This document shows positions 6,765 to 15,358 of a stretch of DNA of 30,973 nucleotides, one piece after another. The notes under the pieces are model-generated. The model was given only the letters and a program-made list of their open reading frames with translations, was not told the DNA's origin and searched no databases. How positions within the stretch are numbered: the first letter of the stretch is position 1; each line of letters starts with the position of its first letter. A program made the translations under genes and the position numbers. Where the stretch lies: IMG/VR virus record IMGVR_UViG_3300017709_000019, positions 1-30,973 of that record. One strand, 5' to 3'. The DNA is from a virus.

Positions 6765-9305
6765 ATGCCAGATAATAACATAGAATGGGGACAAGCTGCA
6801 GTAAACAACAGCAATGATTTTGGTAAAGCAAAAGCTAATTCTACCAATAACTTTGGTGCTGTTTATGATAGTTCGCCAAGTGGTGATACTAATATTGCTG
6901 GAGGGCAACCTGTTGTGTCAATAACTTATTCTGCAAGTGCATTCTGTGCTGATGCAAGCGACCCTACGCCAACTATACAAAACAACGCTGGTGCTGGTAC
7001 ATTTAGCTCTACTACTGGATTAGTATTTATTAGCACAACAACTGGTGAAGTAGATATTGATGCTTCTACTGCTGGTAGTTATTTAATTACATATACAGAT
7101 ACAGATGCTGCAACTGCTACATTTAACTTAACTATTAATGCATTACCAACTGTTGTTGTAAGCGTTTCTGCTGGTACAATTTGTGATGGAGAAAGTACAA
7201 TATTAACCGCAAGTGGTGCTTCTACTTATGTATGGAATGATGGTAATACAGATAATCCAAGAACAGTATCACCAACTACTACAACTACATTTACTGCTAC
7301 AGGTACAGATTCTAATGGTTGTGTAAGTTCTGGTGGTACTACAATTACAGTTAATGCTTTACCAACTGTTGAAATATCTGGAACTTTAACTTATTGTGCT
7401 GGTAGTACAACAACATTGACTGCTACTGCTGGTTTATCTTCTTACTTATGGAGTACTGGAGCAACTACACAAGCTATAAATGTAACTGCTGGTAGTTATA
7501 CTGTAACTGGTACTGATAGCAATGGCTGTAGTGCTACTTCTTCTGCTTCTACAGTAACTGAAATTCCTTTAGATGTTGCAACAGTAACTTATTCAGCAAG
7601 TGCTTATTGTCAAATGCCTACTGGTGCTTTAGCTGTAGAGGGTTATTATCCACTATATTCTACTGAATCTGCTTCAAATGCAGTTAGTTCAGATGGTACA
7701 TCTCACAGTCACACATTGAGTGGAACTACTTACTATATGCCAAACGCTGGTATAATAGTTTATCACGGAACTTATTCTTTAACTGCTACTCCTACTATTA
7801 CAGGTGAAAGCGGAACATTTAACAGTCTTACAGGCTTAAGTATTGATGCTAATGGTGTTATTGACAAAAACGCTTCTACTGCTGGAACATATAGCGTAGA
7901 ATATACTACTACTGGTAGTTGTCCAATTACTGTAACTAATTCAATAACTATAACTGCTTTAGATAATGCAACGTTTAATTTTAGTTCAAGTGCTTACTGT
8001 GATAATGTTTCAGACCCAACACCAACTAAAAGTGCTTCAGGAATATTTAGTTCATCTACTGGTTTAAGTCTTAACACTTCTACAGGTGAGGTTAATTTAG
8101 ATGCTTCTACTGCTGGTACTTATGTTATTGGTTTTGTAACAAGTGGAAGCTGTCCAAATAGTTCTATTCAAACTTTAACTATTAATGCTGCTCCTACTGT
8201 AGCTATTAGTGGAACTCTTTCTTATTGTGCTGGCTCAAATACTACATTAACTGCTACTGCTGGATTAAGTAGTTATTTATGGTCAAGTGGTGAAACTACT
8301 CAAAGCATAACAGCTACTGCTGGAAGTTATACTGTTACTGGAACAGATAGTAATGGTTGTTCTACTACTTCATCGAGTGTAACAGTTACAGAAACACCTT
8401 TAGACAATGCTGCATTTAGTTACTCTGCAAGTAGTTATGCACCAACAGATGCAGACCCAACTCCAAGTATAACTGGTTTAACAGGTGGAACGTTTAGTGG
8501 AACTACTGGTTTAGTAATTAACTCAACTACTGGAGAGATTGATTTAAGTGCTTCTACTGTTGCTACTCATACTATTACTTATGATACTACTTCAAGTGGT
8601 TCAAGTGTTTGTCCAAATACATCTACACAAACTGTAGAAATAGCTGTAGCTGGAATTGCTAATAATTACAGTATGAGCTTTGATTCTGCCAGTTCAGATT
8701 ATATAGATGTTAGTACAATAGGAAGTACTTTACAAACATTAAATAGTGGTACATTATCTTTTTGGATAAAACCTACAACAATAAGCGGAACACAAACTGT
8801 GTTAGGATATGGAAATACTACAACTACCGCTGATTTCTTTTCAGTATCTACATTGACAGGTGGCAAATTAAGGTTATTATTTAGAAACGATTCAAGTGGT
8901 ACAGCTTGGCCTACTAACGGAGTAGATTTAAGAAGCAACGCAAGTGTTATTACTACTAATAATTGGTATCACATTTGTGTAATTAGTGATGGAAGTTCTT
9001 ATACTGTTTATTTGAATGGCTCTGCTATTAGTATGAATGTTGATGCTGGTTCTAATTCTGGAAAATGGTTTGGAGATATTTCAGGAGCTACAATGAATAA
9101 AACTTTTATAGGTGCAAAAGAAAGCAGTAGCTCAATTGATAGTTATTTTGATGGAAACATTGATGAGCTTGCAATCTGGAATACAGCTCTAACATCTACA
9201 CAAATACAAAGCATTTACGATGCAAAAGGAAATAACCTAACTAAAGACTTAACCACAGTATCAGGTTCAAACCTAATATATTGGAATCGTATGGGGGATA
9301 ATTAA
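6765..9305 (+). CDS. Tail fibre / receptor-binding protein: seven Ig-like repeats plus a C-terminal LamG (concanavalin-A-like lectin) domain
   Basis: 846 aa. Two alternating repeat types: type B, YSASA(F/Y)C..DPTPT..G.F(S/N)S.TGL....TGE(V/I)(D/N)(I/L)(D/S)ASTAG.Y; and type A, NA(L/A)PTV.ISGTL.YCAGS.TTLTATAGLSSYLWS.G.TTQ..TAGSYTVTGTDSNGCS. The C-terminus (about 8661-9305) has LamG_3-like features: NYSMSFD..LSFWIKP..NNWYHICV..DGNIDELAIWNTALTSTQIQSIYD. Confidence 0.75.
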   Translation: MPDNNIEWGQAAVNNSNDFGKAKANSTNNFGAVYDSSPSGDTNIAGGQPVVSITYSASAFCADASDPTPTIQNNAGAGTFSSTTGLVFISTTTGEVDIDASTAGSYLITYTDTDAATATFNLTINALPTVVVSVSAGTICDGESTILTASGASTYVWNDGNTDNPRTVSPTTTTTFTATGTDSNGCVSSGGTTITVNALPTVEISGTLTYCAGSTTTLTATAGLSSYLWSTGATTQAINVTAGSYTVTGTDSNGCSATSSASTVTEIPLDVATVTYSASAYCQMPTGALAVEGYYPLYSTESASNAVSSDGTSHSHTLSGTTYYMPNAGIIVYHGTYSLTATPTITGESGTFNSLTGLSIDANGVIDKNASTAGTYSVEYTTTGSCPITVTNSITITALDNATFNFSSSAYCDNVSDPTPTKSASGIFSSSTGLSLNTSTGEVNLDASTAGTYVIGFVTSGSCPNSSIQTLTINAAPTVAISGTLSYCAGSNTTLTATAGLSSYLWSSGETTQSITATAGSYTVTGTDSNGCSTTSSSVTVTETPLDNAAFSYSASSYAPTDADPTPSITGLTGGTFSGTTGLVINSTTGEIDLSASTVATHTITYDTTSSGSSVCPNTSTQTVEIAVAGIANNYSMSFDSASSDYIDVSTIGSTLQTLNSGTLSFWIKPTTISGTQTVLGYGNTTTTADFFSVSTLTGGKLRLLFRNDSSGTAWPTNGVDLRSNASVITTNNWYHICVISDGSSYTVYLNGSAISMNVDAGSNSGKWFGDISGATMNKTFIGAKESSSSIDSYFDGNIDELAIWNTALTSTQIQSIYDAKGNNLTKDLTTVSGSNLIYWNRMGDN
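7353..7574 (+). repeat. Intragenic Ig-like repeat A1 (paralogous to 8184..8405)
   Basis: 222-nt in-frame unit. By eye, protein identity to A2 is roughly 80%, with many synonymous differences at the DNA level. Confidence 0.85.
8184..8405 (+). repeat. Intragenic Ig-like repeat A2 (paralogous to 7353..7574)
   Basis: Same 222-nt length and frame as A1. The shared LSSY is encoded tta tct tct tac in A1 and tta agt agt tat in A2. Confidence 0.85.
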
Positions 9306-9313
9306 TTAAGAAT

Positions 9314-11509
9314 ATGAGTACACAGTTTACAAATAGACAATGGCGTTTGCCTAACAATGAGAATAAAGACAAGCAGAGTAACTATTCTATGGACTTTGAT
9401 GGTGGTGTAGGTAGTGCATTAATTAATTTAGGAAATGATAACACTCTAAATATTACAGGTTCTTTAAGTGTTTCTGCTTGGTTTAAAACTTTAAACAATA
9501 CAAGTTCAATAATGATTGCTACTAAGGATTCAGGTACAAATAGAGCTTGGCAGTTATATATGATTAGTACAGGTTGGATAAGATTTGCAATTAATGGAGT
9601 TGCGGCTTATGCTTCAAGTTCTGGAGTATATGATGATGGAAACTGGCATCACGTTGTGGCTTTGTATGAGCCAAGTAATTACGTAAAACTATATATAGAT
9701 GGAGTAGCCGATGGCGAAGATACTTCAAGTGTTCCAGCTTCTATAAATGATTTGCCTTCTCAAGATGTTGTGATAGGAGCTTATAGTGTTTATGATAATG
9801 GCACAAGATGGAATGGGCAAATAGACGGAGTAGCCATTTTTGACTACGCTCTTTCTTCAAGCCAAATAACAACTCTTTATGGTTCAAGCTCTACTGGTAT
9901 AGGTAACCCAATGAGTTTATCTCCAAAGCCAGTTGCTTACTATCCTTTAGGAGACCAAGATGCTTTTAACGGAGCAAATTATTTAGTGCCTAATAGTTCT
10001 TTGAAAGATTATGTTTTTGATTTTGATGCTAATAGTGGAGGTGATTTTATAGATTTAGGAAGTTCTGAAGTTTTATTTAATAGTACATCTGGTTTTTCTT
10101 TTTCTACTTGGTGTAAACTTGAAAACTATAGTGTTGTTTCTTTTCCAGCTTTTTGTAGGTTAAAAACAGACCAAGCGACTGGTTTTATAATAGGATTATC
10201 AGACCTTTCAGGTTATGAAGGTGTATTTATTGGCAGTAATAGTAATTTTTTAACAGCAAGAACTCAAGGAGACATTTCAAGTGATTTTATAGGTGTTTGG
10301 AAGCACGTAGTAGTTACTTTTGATGGTATTAACAGAACAACATTATCAAGTTATAAAATTTATGTAGATGGACAACCTGTTACGCTTACTAATGCTGGCA
10401 CGTTTGGTACAACTTTAAATGATAATAGATTAGGATATGGCAACAGTACAGGTACACCATTCAATGGATTGTTATCTAATTCACAAATATTCAATACAGC
10501 ACTACCAGCAACAGGTTCTAACTCAGTAGAAACTCTTTACAATAATGGTTCTCCACTTACTTCAATGTCAGGATTTACATCTTTACAAGGTTGGTGGAAA
10601 TTAGATGCTTCTGCTACTTATGATGGTTCTAACTGGTCTATCCCTGACTCAAGTTCTAATTCCAATACAGGCACAAGCTCAGGAATGACACAATCGGCAC
10701 TACAGCAATCAGATTTATCTTTCAAAACTTCTTATTCTCCCTTTGCATTAAATTTTGATGGAGCAAATGATTCTATAACTATACCTTCATTTATGAGTAA
10801 TTTACCATCTAATGATATTTACACTATTTCTACTTGGGTTAAAACAGATTCAGACACAAATTGCCTTTGGGGTAGTTCAAGCACTGCAAATCTACTTTAT
10901 GCCTATGTTACAAATGGAACTACACTTGGAATCGGAAGAGGTTCAGTAACAAGAGTTGATATTTCTAATTTATTAACTGTTGGAGAATGGGCAAATGTTG
11001 TAGCGGTTTTTGATTCATCAACTAATTTAAAAATATATATAAATAACGTTTTTATTCAAGATGTTACAGTAGGAAGTTTAGGAACTGTTACTGATGATTT
11101 TAAAATTAGCGGTGGTTTAAACGGTTATCATTTAGCTTGTTCGCAATCAAATGTATCTGTATGGAATACAGCTTTGACATCTGCACAAGTATCAGAAATT
11201 TATAATGAGGGTGTACCATCTAACCTAAATAACCATAGTGCATACTCAAACTTAGTAAGCTGGTGGCAGTTAGGAAGTAATAGCTCTTTCAATACTAACT
11301 GGACTGTATTAGATGAAAAAGGAAGCAATGATGGAACGTCTGTAAATATGACTGAGGCGGACATGGTGGATGGTGTTGGTAGTTATGCTAATGGTTTAAG
11401 TTCTGGAATGGGTGGAGATGAAGTTATAGGAGATGCACCTTACAGCACAGCAAATTCTCTAAGTGTGAATATGGACGTTTTAGACCGCGTAGAGGACACG
11501 CCGTCGTGA
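9314..11509 (+). CDS. Tail fibre / receptor-binding protein with three tandem LamG-like domains
   Basis: 731 aa with three units (about 9380-9890, 10007-10555, 10738-11220). Each starts (N/D/P)(Y/F)..(D/N)FDG/A and ends with a '..(W/F)(N/D)(T/Y)AL(T/S/P)..Q(I/V)..(L/I)Y' signature (DGVAIFDYALSSSQITTLY; SQIFNTALPATGSNSVETLY; VSVWNTALTSAQVSEIY). Confidence 0.7.
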   Translation: MSTQFTNRQWRLPNNENKDKQSNYSMDFDGGVGSALINLGNDNTLNITGSLSVSAWFKTLNNTSSIMIATKDSGTNRAWQLYMISTGWIRFAINGVAAYASSSGVYDDGNWHHVVALYEPSNYVKLYIDGVADGEDTSSVPASINDLPSQDVVIGAYSVYDNGTRWNGQIDGVAIFDYALSSSQITTLYGSSSTGIGNPMSLSPKPVAYYPLGDQDAFNGANYLVPNSSLKDYVFDFDANSGGDFIDLGSSEVLFNSTSGFSFSTWCKLENYSVVSFPAFCRLKTDQATGFIIGLSDLSGYEGVFIGSNSNFLTARTQGDISSDFIGVWKHVVVTFDGINRTTLSSYKIYVDGQPVTLTNAGTFGTTLNDNRLGYGNSTGTPFNGLLSNSQIFNTALPATGSNSVETLYNNGSPLTSMSGFTSLQGWWKLDASATYDGSNWSIPDSSSNSNTGTSSGMTQSALQQSDLSFKTSYSPFALNFDGANDSITIPSFMSNLPSNDIYTISTWVKTDSDTNCLWGSSSTANLLYAYVTNGTTLGIGRGSVTRVDISNLLTVGEWANVVAVFDSSTNLKIYINNVFIQDVTVGSLGTVTDDFKISGGLNGYHLACSQSNVSVWNTALTSAQVSEIYNEGVPSNLNNHSAYSNLVSWWQLGSNSSFNTNWTVLDEKGSNDGTSVNMTEADMVDGVGSYANGLSSGMGGDEVIGDAPYSTANSLSVNMDVLDRVEDTPS

Positions 11510-11534
11510 AGTTAAAATTTTAAAATAAATAAAA

Positions 11535-11786
11535 ATGAATAATAGAAGTTATATAGTAATTAGTTTAAGTTCAACGGATAGCGTGCTATGGTCGCAGGTT
11601 AATCAATCTTCTGCACAAAGTATGAGAAGAAACTTAGCAAACACTCAAGGTTTATTAAGCTATAGTGTTACACCAAGTTTTATAAGTGATGGTTCTGTAG
11701 TACCTGTTGGAGATATTATGAACCAAACAGAAGCACTTGAATTATTAGCAACCTCTGCTTGGAGTGAGCCAATGCCAGAAGAATGA
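11535..11786 (+). CDS. Hypothetical protein
   Basis: 83-aa ORF with an ATGA overlap to the next gene. Confidence 0.5.
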   Translation: MNNRSYIVISLSSTDSVLWSQVNQSSAQSMRRNLANTQGLLSYSVTPSFISDGSVVPVGDIMNQTEALELLATSAWSEPMPEE

Positions 11787-12106
11787 ACAATTTAAAAAGT
11801 GTAAGAATGGATGACCATAATTTATTATTAGCGTTAGCTGGTATTATATCAGCATTTGGAGTAAAAGAAATATGGGCAATTGTAAAGCAGAAGATTGACA
11901 TAGGTGCTAAGAAAGATGAACGCGAAGAAAGTTTATATACTAAACAAATTGAAGTTCTTACTAATAAAATTACACAGCTTGAAACAAAGATTGAATTACT
12001 TATTGAAGAAAATATTCAACTAAGGGTTAAAGTTGTTAAGATGGAAGCACGTTTAATAAATAGTGCTAAAAAAAAAGTAAATAAAAAAAGAGATGAGAAA
12101 GGTTAA
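11783..12106 (+). CDS. Membrane-anchored coiled-coil protein (candidate holin or i-spanin-like lysis protein)
   Basis: One N-terminal TM segment (LLLALAGIISAFGVKEIWAIV), a heptad-like coiled coil, and a basic C-terminus. It overlaps the amidase gene start. Confidence 0.45.
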   Translation: MNNLKSVRMDDHNLLLALAGIISAFGVKEIWAIVKQKIDIGAKKDEREESLYTKQIEVLTNKITQLETKIELLIEENIQLRVKVVKMEARLINSAKKKVNKKRDEKG

Positions 12107-12605
12107 TAAGATTGTAATACATTGTACAGCTACCAAAGAAGGTAACAATGTAAGTCCAGCCACTATAAAAAGATGGCATTTAAACAGAGGTTTTTCAGAT
12201 ATAGGTTATCATTATATCATAGGTATTGAAGGTAAAATAAATGCTGGTAGGCCTGTATCAAAACAAGGTGCTCACGTACGCTCTGGTAATAGTGATAGCA
12301 TCGGAATCTCATATGTTGGTGGCTTAGATTCTAATGGTAAAGCAAAAGATACAAGAACAGAAGCGCAAAAAGCATCATTAATTAAAATACTTAAAGTATT
12401 AAAAAACATTTATCCACAAGCAAGCATTCACGGCCATAGAGACTATTCACCTGACAGAGATGGCGATGGAGTTGAGGAACACGAATTTATGAAAATGTGC
12501 CCTTGTTTTTCAGCAGAAGTAGAATATTTAGAACTACAACCAAAATCTTTTAAACCAAAATCAAAAAAAGCAAAGGATAAATTAAATGGAAAAAAATCAA
12601 ACTAA
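12093..12605 (+). CDS. N-acetylmuramoyl-L-alanine amidase endolysin (Amidase_2 / PGRP / T7-lysozyme type)
   Basis: IVIHCTAT..IKRWHLNRGFSDIGYHYII..GAHV..NSDSIGISYVGG..IHGHRDY..CPCF matches the zinc-amidase signature. Confidence 0.9.
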   Translation: MRKVNKIVIHCTATKEGNNVSPATIKRWHLNRGFSDIGYHYIIGIEGKINAGRPVSKQGAHVRSGNSDSIGISYVGGLDSNGKAKDTRTEAQKASLIKILKVLKNIYPQASIHGHRDYSPDRDGDGVEEHEFMKMCPCFSAEVEYLELQPKSFKPKSKKAKDKLNGKKSN

Positions 12606-12699
12606 CTTAGAGGATTTAATTAAAAGAATGGAAAACTTGCCAGTACCTGAACGTACTTGTAATATAGATGATGAAACTTGTGAAAGCTGTTCTGGATGA
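12586..12699 (+). CDS. Small acidic Cys-containing peptide (37 aa), hypothetical
   Basis: ATG 12586 to TGA 12697-12699. Translation: MEKNQTNLEDLIKRMENLPVPERTCNIDDETCESCSG. ATGA overlap with the downstream holin-like gene. It bridges the gap between the amidase and 12696. Confidence 0.4.
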   Translation: MEKNQTNLEDLIKRMENLPVPERTCNIDDETCESCSG

Positions 12700-13139
12700 A
12701 ACAATTAAAAGATACTAAAATAGGAAAGTTTTTAGCAGAAAAAGCGCCTGATGTTTTAGATGTTGCTGGTGCTTTATTGCCTGATGCTGGTTTATTAGGT
12801 GTAGTTAAAAATTTAATTGACAAAGACCCTAACCTAACACCAGAAGATAAACAACAAATACACGAACAATTAGTTGAATTATATAAGTTAGAAGTAGAAG
12901 ATAGAAACTCAGCAAGACAACGTGAAGTTGAAATGGTTAAAGCTGGTAGTGAAGACTGGATGATGAACTTTACTGGTGTTGTTGGTTTAGGAGGTTTTGT
13001 ATTGTTGTTGGTTGCAATAGTGTTTATACAAGTACCAGAACACAACAAAGAACTAATGATTCACACAACAGGAATTGTTGAAGGAATAGTGCTTTCTATA
13101 GTTGGATATTACTTTGGTAGTATAGCTAAAAAAAAGTAA
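12696..13139 (+). CDS. Holin-like protein (resembles the GTA_holin_3TM family)
   Basis: About 90 aa of soluble N-terminus (LLPDAGLLG..DPNLTPEDKQQIHEQLVELYKLEVEDRNSARQRE), then two clear TM segments (FTGVVGLGGFVLLLVAIVFIQV; GIVEGIVLSIVGYYFGSI) and a KKK tail. Adjacent to the endolysin. Confidence 0.55.
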   Translation: MKQLKDTKIGKFLAEKAPDVLDVAGALLPDAGLLGVVKNLIDKDPNLTPEDKQQIHEQLVELYKLEVEDRNSARQREVEMVKAGSEDWMMNFTGVVGLGGFVLLLVAIVFIQVPEHNKELMIHTTGIVEGIVLSIVGYYFGSIAKKK

Positions 13140-13175
13140 ATTAAATTTTTTTATTATATTTAACAAAATTGTTAA

Positions 13176-14237
13176 ATGAAATCACACAAAAAAAGGTGGA
13201 AAGATTCAGGTAATCCACGTTACCGACTCAACACAGATGAGGCACAAATCATTAACGATTATAGAAGGTTAAAACAAGAAGCACAAGCAGAAGGTTTAAA
13301 CCCTAATGATATACATAGTGGTTGGATAAAAAACAAAAAAGCAAGTTTATATTTTAAGAATCCAAATTTTAAGAAAAACGATTTAAAGGAGTTTAAGCAA
13401 CAATTATTAAACGACCTTAAAGAATACTCTCCAAACTTTCAAAAGCTCGTTCAACCTAAAATAAACGATGGCCATTGCCTTTTAATATCACCAGCAGATA
13501 TACACATTGGTAAATTATGCAAATCTTTTGTTAGTGGTGAAGAATACAACAAGCAAATTGCAGTACAAAGAACTTTAGAAGCTGTTGATGGTATATTACA
13601 AAAGAGTAATGGTTTTAACATAGATAAATTAATCCTATGTATTGGTAATGATGTAATGCACATTGATACACCAAGTGGTGGTAAAACCACAAAAGGAACT
13701 GTTCAAGATGTTGATGGAATGTTTTTTGAGCATTTTCATATAGCTAAAAGATTATATATAAATATTATTGAAACATTAGTTAGTTTCTATCCTGATTTAC
13801 ACGTTGTTTATAATAGTAGTAACCACGATTATTTGACAGGTTTTGCATTGTCCGATGTTGTAGCAACATACTTTAGAAATAGTAAAAATATAACTTTTGA
13901 TATAAGTTTACAGCATAGAAAGTATTATACTTATTATAATAACTTAATTGGAAGTACTCACGGAGATGGTGCTAAATGGGATTTATTGCCTTTACTAATG
14001 GCAGATGAGTGTAAAGAATGGAGTGAAACTAAATACAGATATATGTTTGCACACCACGTTCACCACAAAGTAAGTAAAGATTTAATTGGTTGTAGTTTAG
14101 AAAGTTTACGTAGTCCATCACCAGCAGATTCTTGGCATCATAAAATGGGTTATACTTCTTCTAACAACCAAGCAATAGAAGGTTTTATCTTCTCTAAGAA
14201 TAATGGCCAAGTAGCCAGAATTACACATTTATTTTAG
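13176..14237 (+). CDS. Calcineurin-like metallophosphoesterase
   Basis: Ordered motifs ADIHIG (DxH), GNDVMH (GDxxH-like), SNHDY (GNHD-like), THGD and HHVHH. Confidence 0.7.
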   Translation: MKSHKKRWKDSGNPRYRLNTDEAQIINDYRRLKQEAQAEGLNPNDIHSGWIKNKKASLYFKNPNFKKNDLKEFKQQLLNDLKEYSPNFQKLVQPKINDGHCLLISPADIHIGKLCKSFVSGEEYNKQIAVQRTLEAVDGILQKSNGFNIDKLILCIGNDVMHIDTPSGGKTTKGTVQDVDGMFFEHFHIAKRLYINIIETLVSFYPDLHVVYNSSNHDYLTGFALSDVVATYFRNSKNITFDISLQHRKYYTYYNNLIGSTHGDGAKWDLLPLLMADECKEWSETKYRYMFAHHVHHKVSKDLIGCSLESLRSPSPADSWHHKMGYTSSNNQAIEGFIFSKNNGQVARITHLF

Positions 14238-14334
14238 AATTAACATTTAATTGTTAATAAAGTTTTTAGTGTGTTTTGTAATTTGTATTATAATTATATA
14301 TATATTTACAACCATAAACTATAAAACTATTATT

Positions 14335-14511
14335 ATGAAAAGTATAATTAATCACTTAGAAAACACTATAAGTGAATTACACGTAAAACACACTTTAGCA
14401 ATTAATGAAGTTGGTTTTAACGGATTAAAAGCCGAATCAATAAGACAATCAATGTTAGACATAAAAAATGAAATACAAAGAATTAAATGGCTAACAAGTA
14501 ATAACAAATAA
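14335..14511 (+). CDS. Hypothetical protein (58 aa from ATG 14335; the track's TTG 14251 start would add a hydrophobic 28-aa leader)
   Basis: In-frame ATG at 14335. The upstream 85 nt is very AT-rich and promoter-like. Confidence 0.45.
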   Translation: MKSIINHLENTISELHVKHTLAINEVGFNGLKAESIRQSMLDIKNEIQRIKWLTSNNK

Positions 14512-14524
14512 AAACTAAACAATT

Positions 14525-14680
14525 ATGAGTAGAGAAATATCATACACAACAAGAACCTTTTACGTACCAGCAGAGAAAATAGAAACGCTGGTAAAGTTTC
14601 AAGGCAAATGCAAAGAGAATGGACATAAATCTTATTCTGAAGTATTACTTAGTTTAATGGAGAAATATAATGAGCAATGA
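14525..14680 (+). CDS. Ribbon-helix-helix (Arc/CopG-like) putative transcriptional regulator, 51 aa
   Basis: MSREISYTTRTFYVPAEKIETLVKFQGKCKENGHKSYSEVLLSLMEKYNEQ fits a beta-strand, helix, helix pattern. ATGA overlap with 14677. Not in the supplied track. Confidence 0.5.
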   Translation: MSREISYTTRTFYVPAEKIETLVKFQGKCKENGHKSYSEVLLSLMEKYNEQ

Positions 14681-14994
14681 TACATTATCCACATCCCCAT
14701 AACGAGCAACACCACAACGATAATATTAATCATTGGTGGGCATACGAGACTAACAGATACTTGCAAGATAGATTACGCAACTTAGTAATAAGAGCTAATT
14801 GGAACAAACGTATTATCTGTAGAATACACCTAACAACAAATGATTTAGAAATACATCAACATAGGTTTGAAGGGTTTATTTCACAATTAGAAAACATTGA
14901 CAAGCAATTAAAAACAATTGCAATGCAATACAACGAACAAAGAATGAATAAATTAAAAACTATATTTACTAAAATTAAAAATTATGAAAATTAA
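14677..14994 (+). CDS. Hypothetical protein with a His-rich N-terminus
   Basis: 105-aa ORF, MIHYPHPHNEQHHNDNINHWW... Confidence 0.5.
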   Translation: MIHYPHPHNEQHHNDNINHWWAYETNRYLQDRLRNLVIRANWNKRIICRIHLTTNDLEIHQHRFEGFISQLENIDKQLKTIAMQYNEQRMNKLKTIFTKIKNYEN

Positions 14995-15358
14995 AGAAAT
15001 CGCACAAAAATATGATTTATCAAAAGATGACTTTTGGGAATTAAAAAGAGGTACAAGAAGTATGTGGATAATAACTCACGATGCTTGTGAAAAGATAGCA
15101 GCAAAAGAAAACATACAATTTGGCGCGCCAACTATATACAGAGATAGCAATACAGATGTTGCAATAGTAGGAGATGCAAAACGTGGCAATAAAATTATCT
15201 GGTCAACTGGTGAAGCATCACCTAAGAATTGTAAAGCTCCTTATCCTTTTGCAATGGCCGAAAAGAGACTGAAAGACAGACTCGTTTTAAAATTAATTAA
15301 CGCTTACGAATATGGTATTTATTCAGATTCAGAAGCAGATAACTTTAAGAAACAATGA
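14984..15358 (+). CDS. Conserved-looking phage protein, possible recombination partner of the downstream exonuclease
   Basis: 124 aa with GEASPKNCKAPYPFAMAEKRLKDRLVLKL. Positional argument only. Confidence 0.35.
   Translation: MKIKEIAQKYDLSKDDFWELKRGTRSMWIITHDACEKIAAKENIQFGAPTIYRDSNTDVAIVGDAKRGNKIIWSTGEASPKNCKAPYPFAMAEKRLKDRLVLKLINAYEYGIYSDSEADNFKKQ

Noticed and set aside
6916-8650. Repeated sequence in the fibre gene considered as a CRISPR array or as a DGR template/variable repeat pair.
   Set aside because: The repeats are in-frame protein-domain duplications of 222 nt or more, with no spacer architecture. The differences are spread over synonymous sites and are not adenine-specific. No reverse transcriptase gene is present anywhere in the genome.
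13140-13175. A8...T7 sequence after the holin-like gene, considered as the terminator of the late operon.
   Set aside because: Only A-T pairs could form and there is no G/C stem. It is too weak to call, although transcription presumably ends or is re-initiated near here.
14251-14334. TTG 14251 start that adds a hydrophobic 28-aa leader (MLIKFLVCFVICIIIIYIFTTINYKTII).
   Set aside because: The segment is extremely AT-rich intergenic-like DNA with promoter-like TTTG and TATATTTA elements. Hydrophobic translations are expected from T-rich sequence. I kept it as an alternative in the feature note because a TM leader cannot be excluded.
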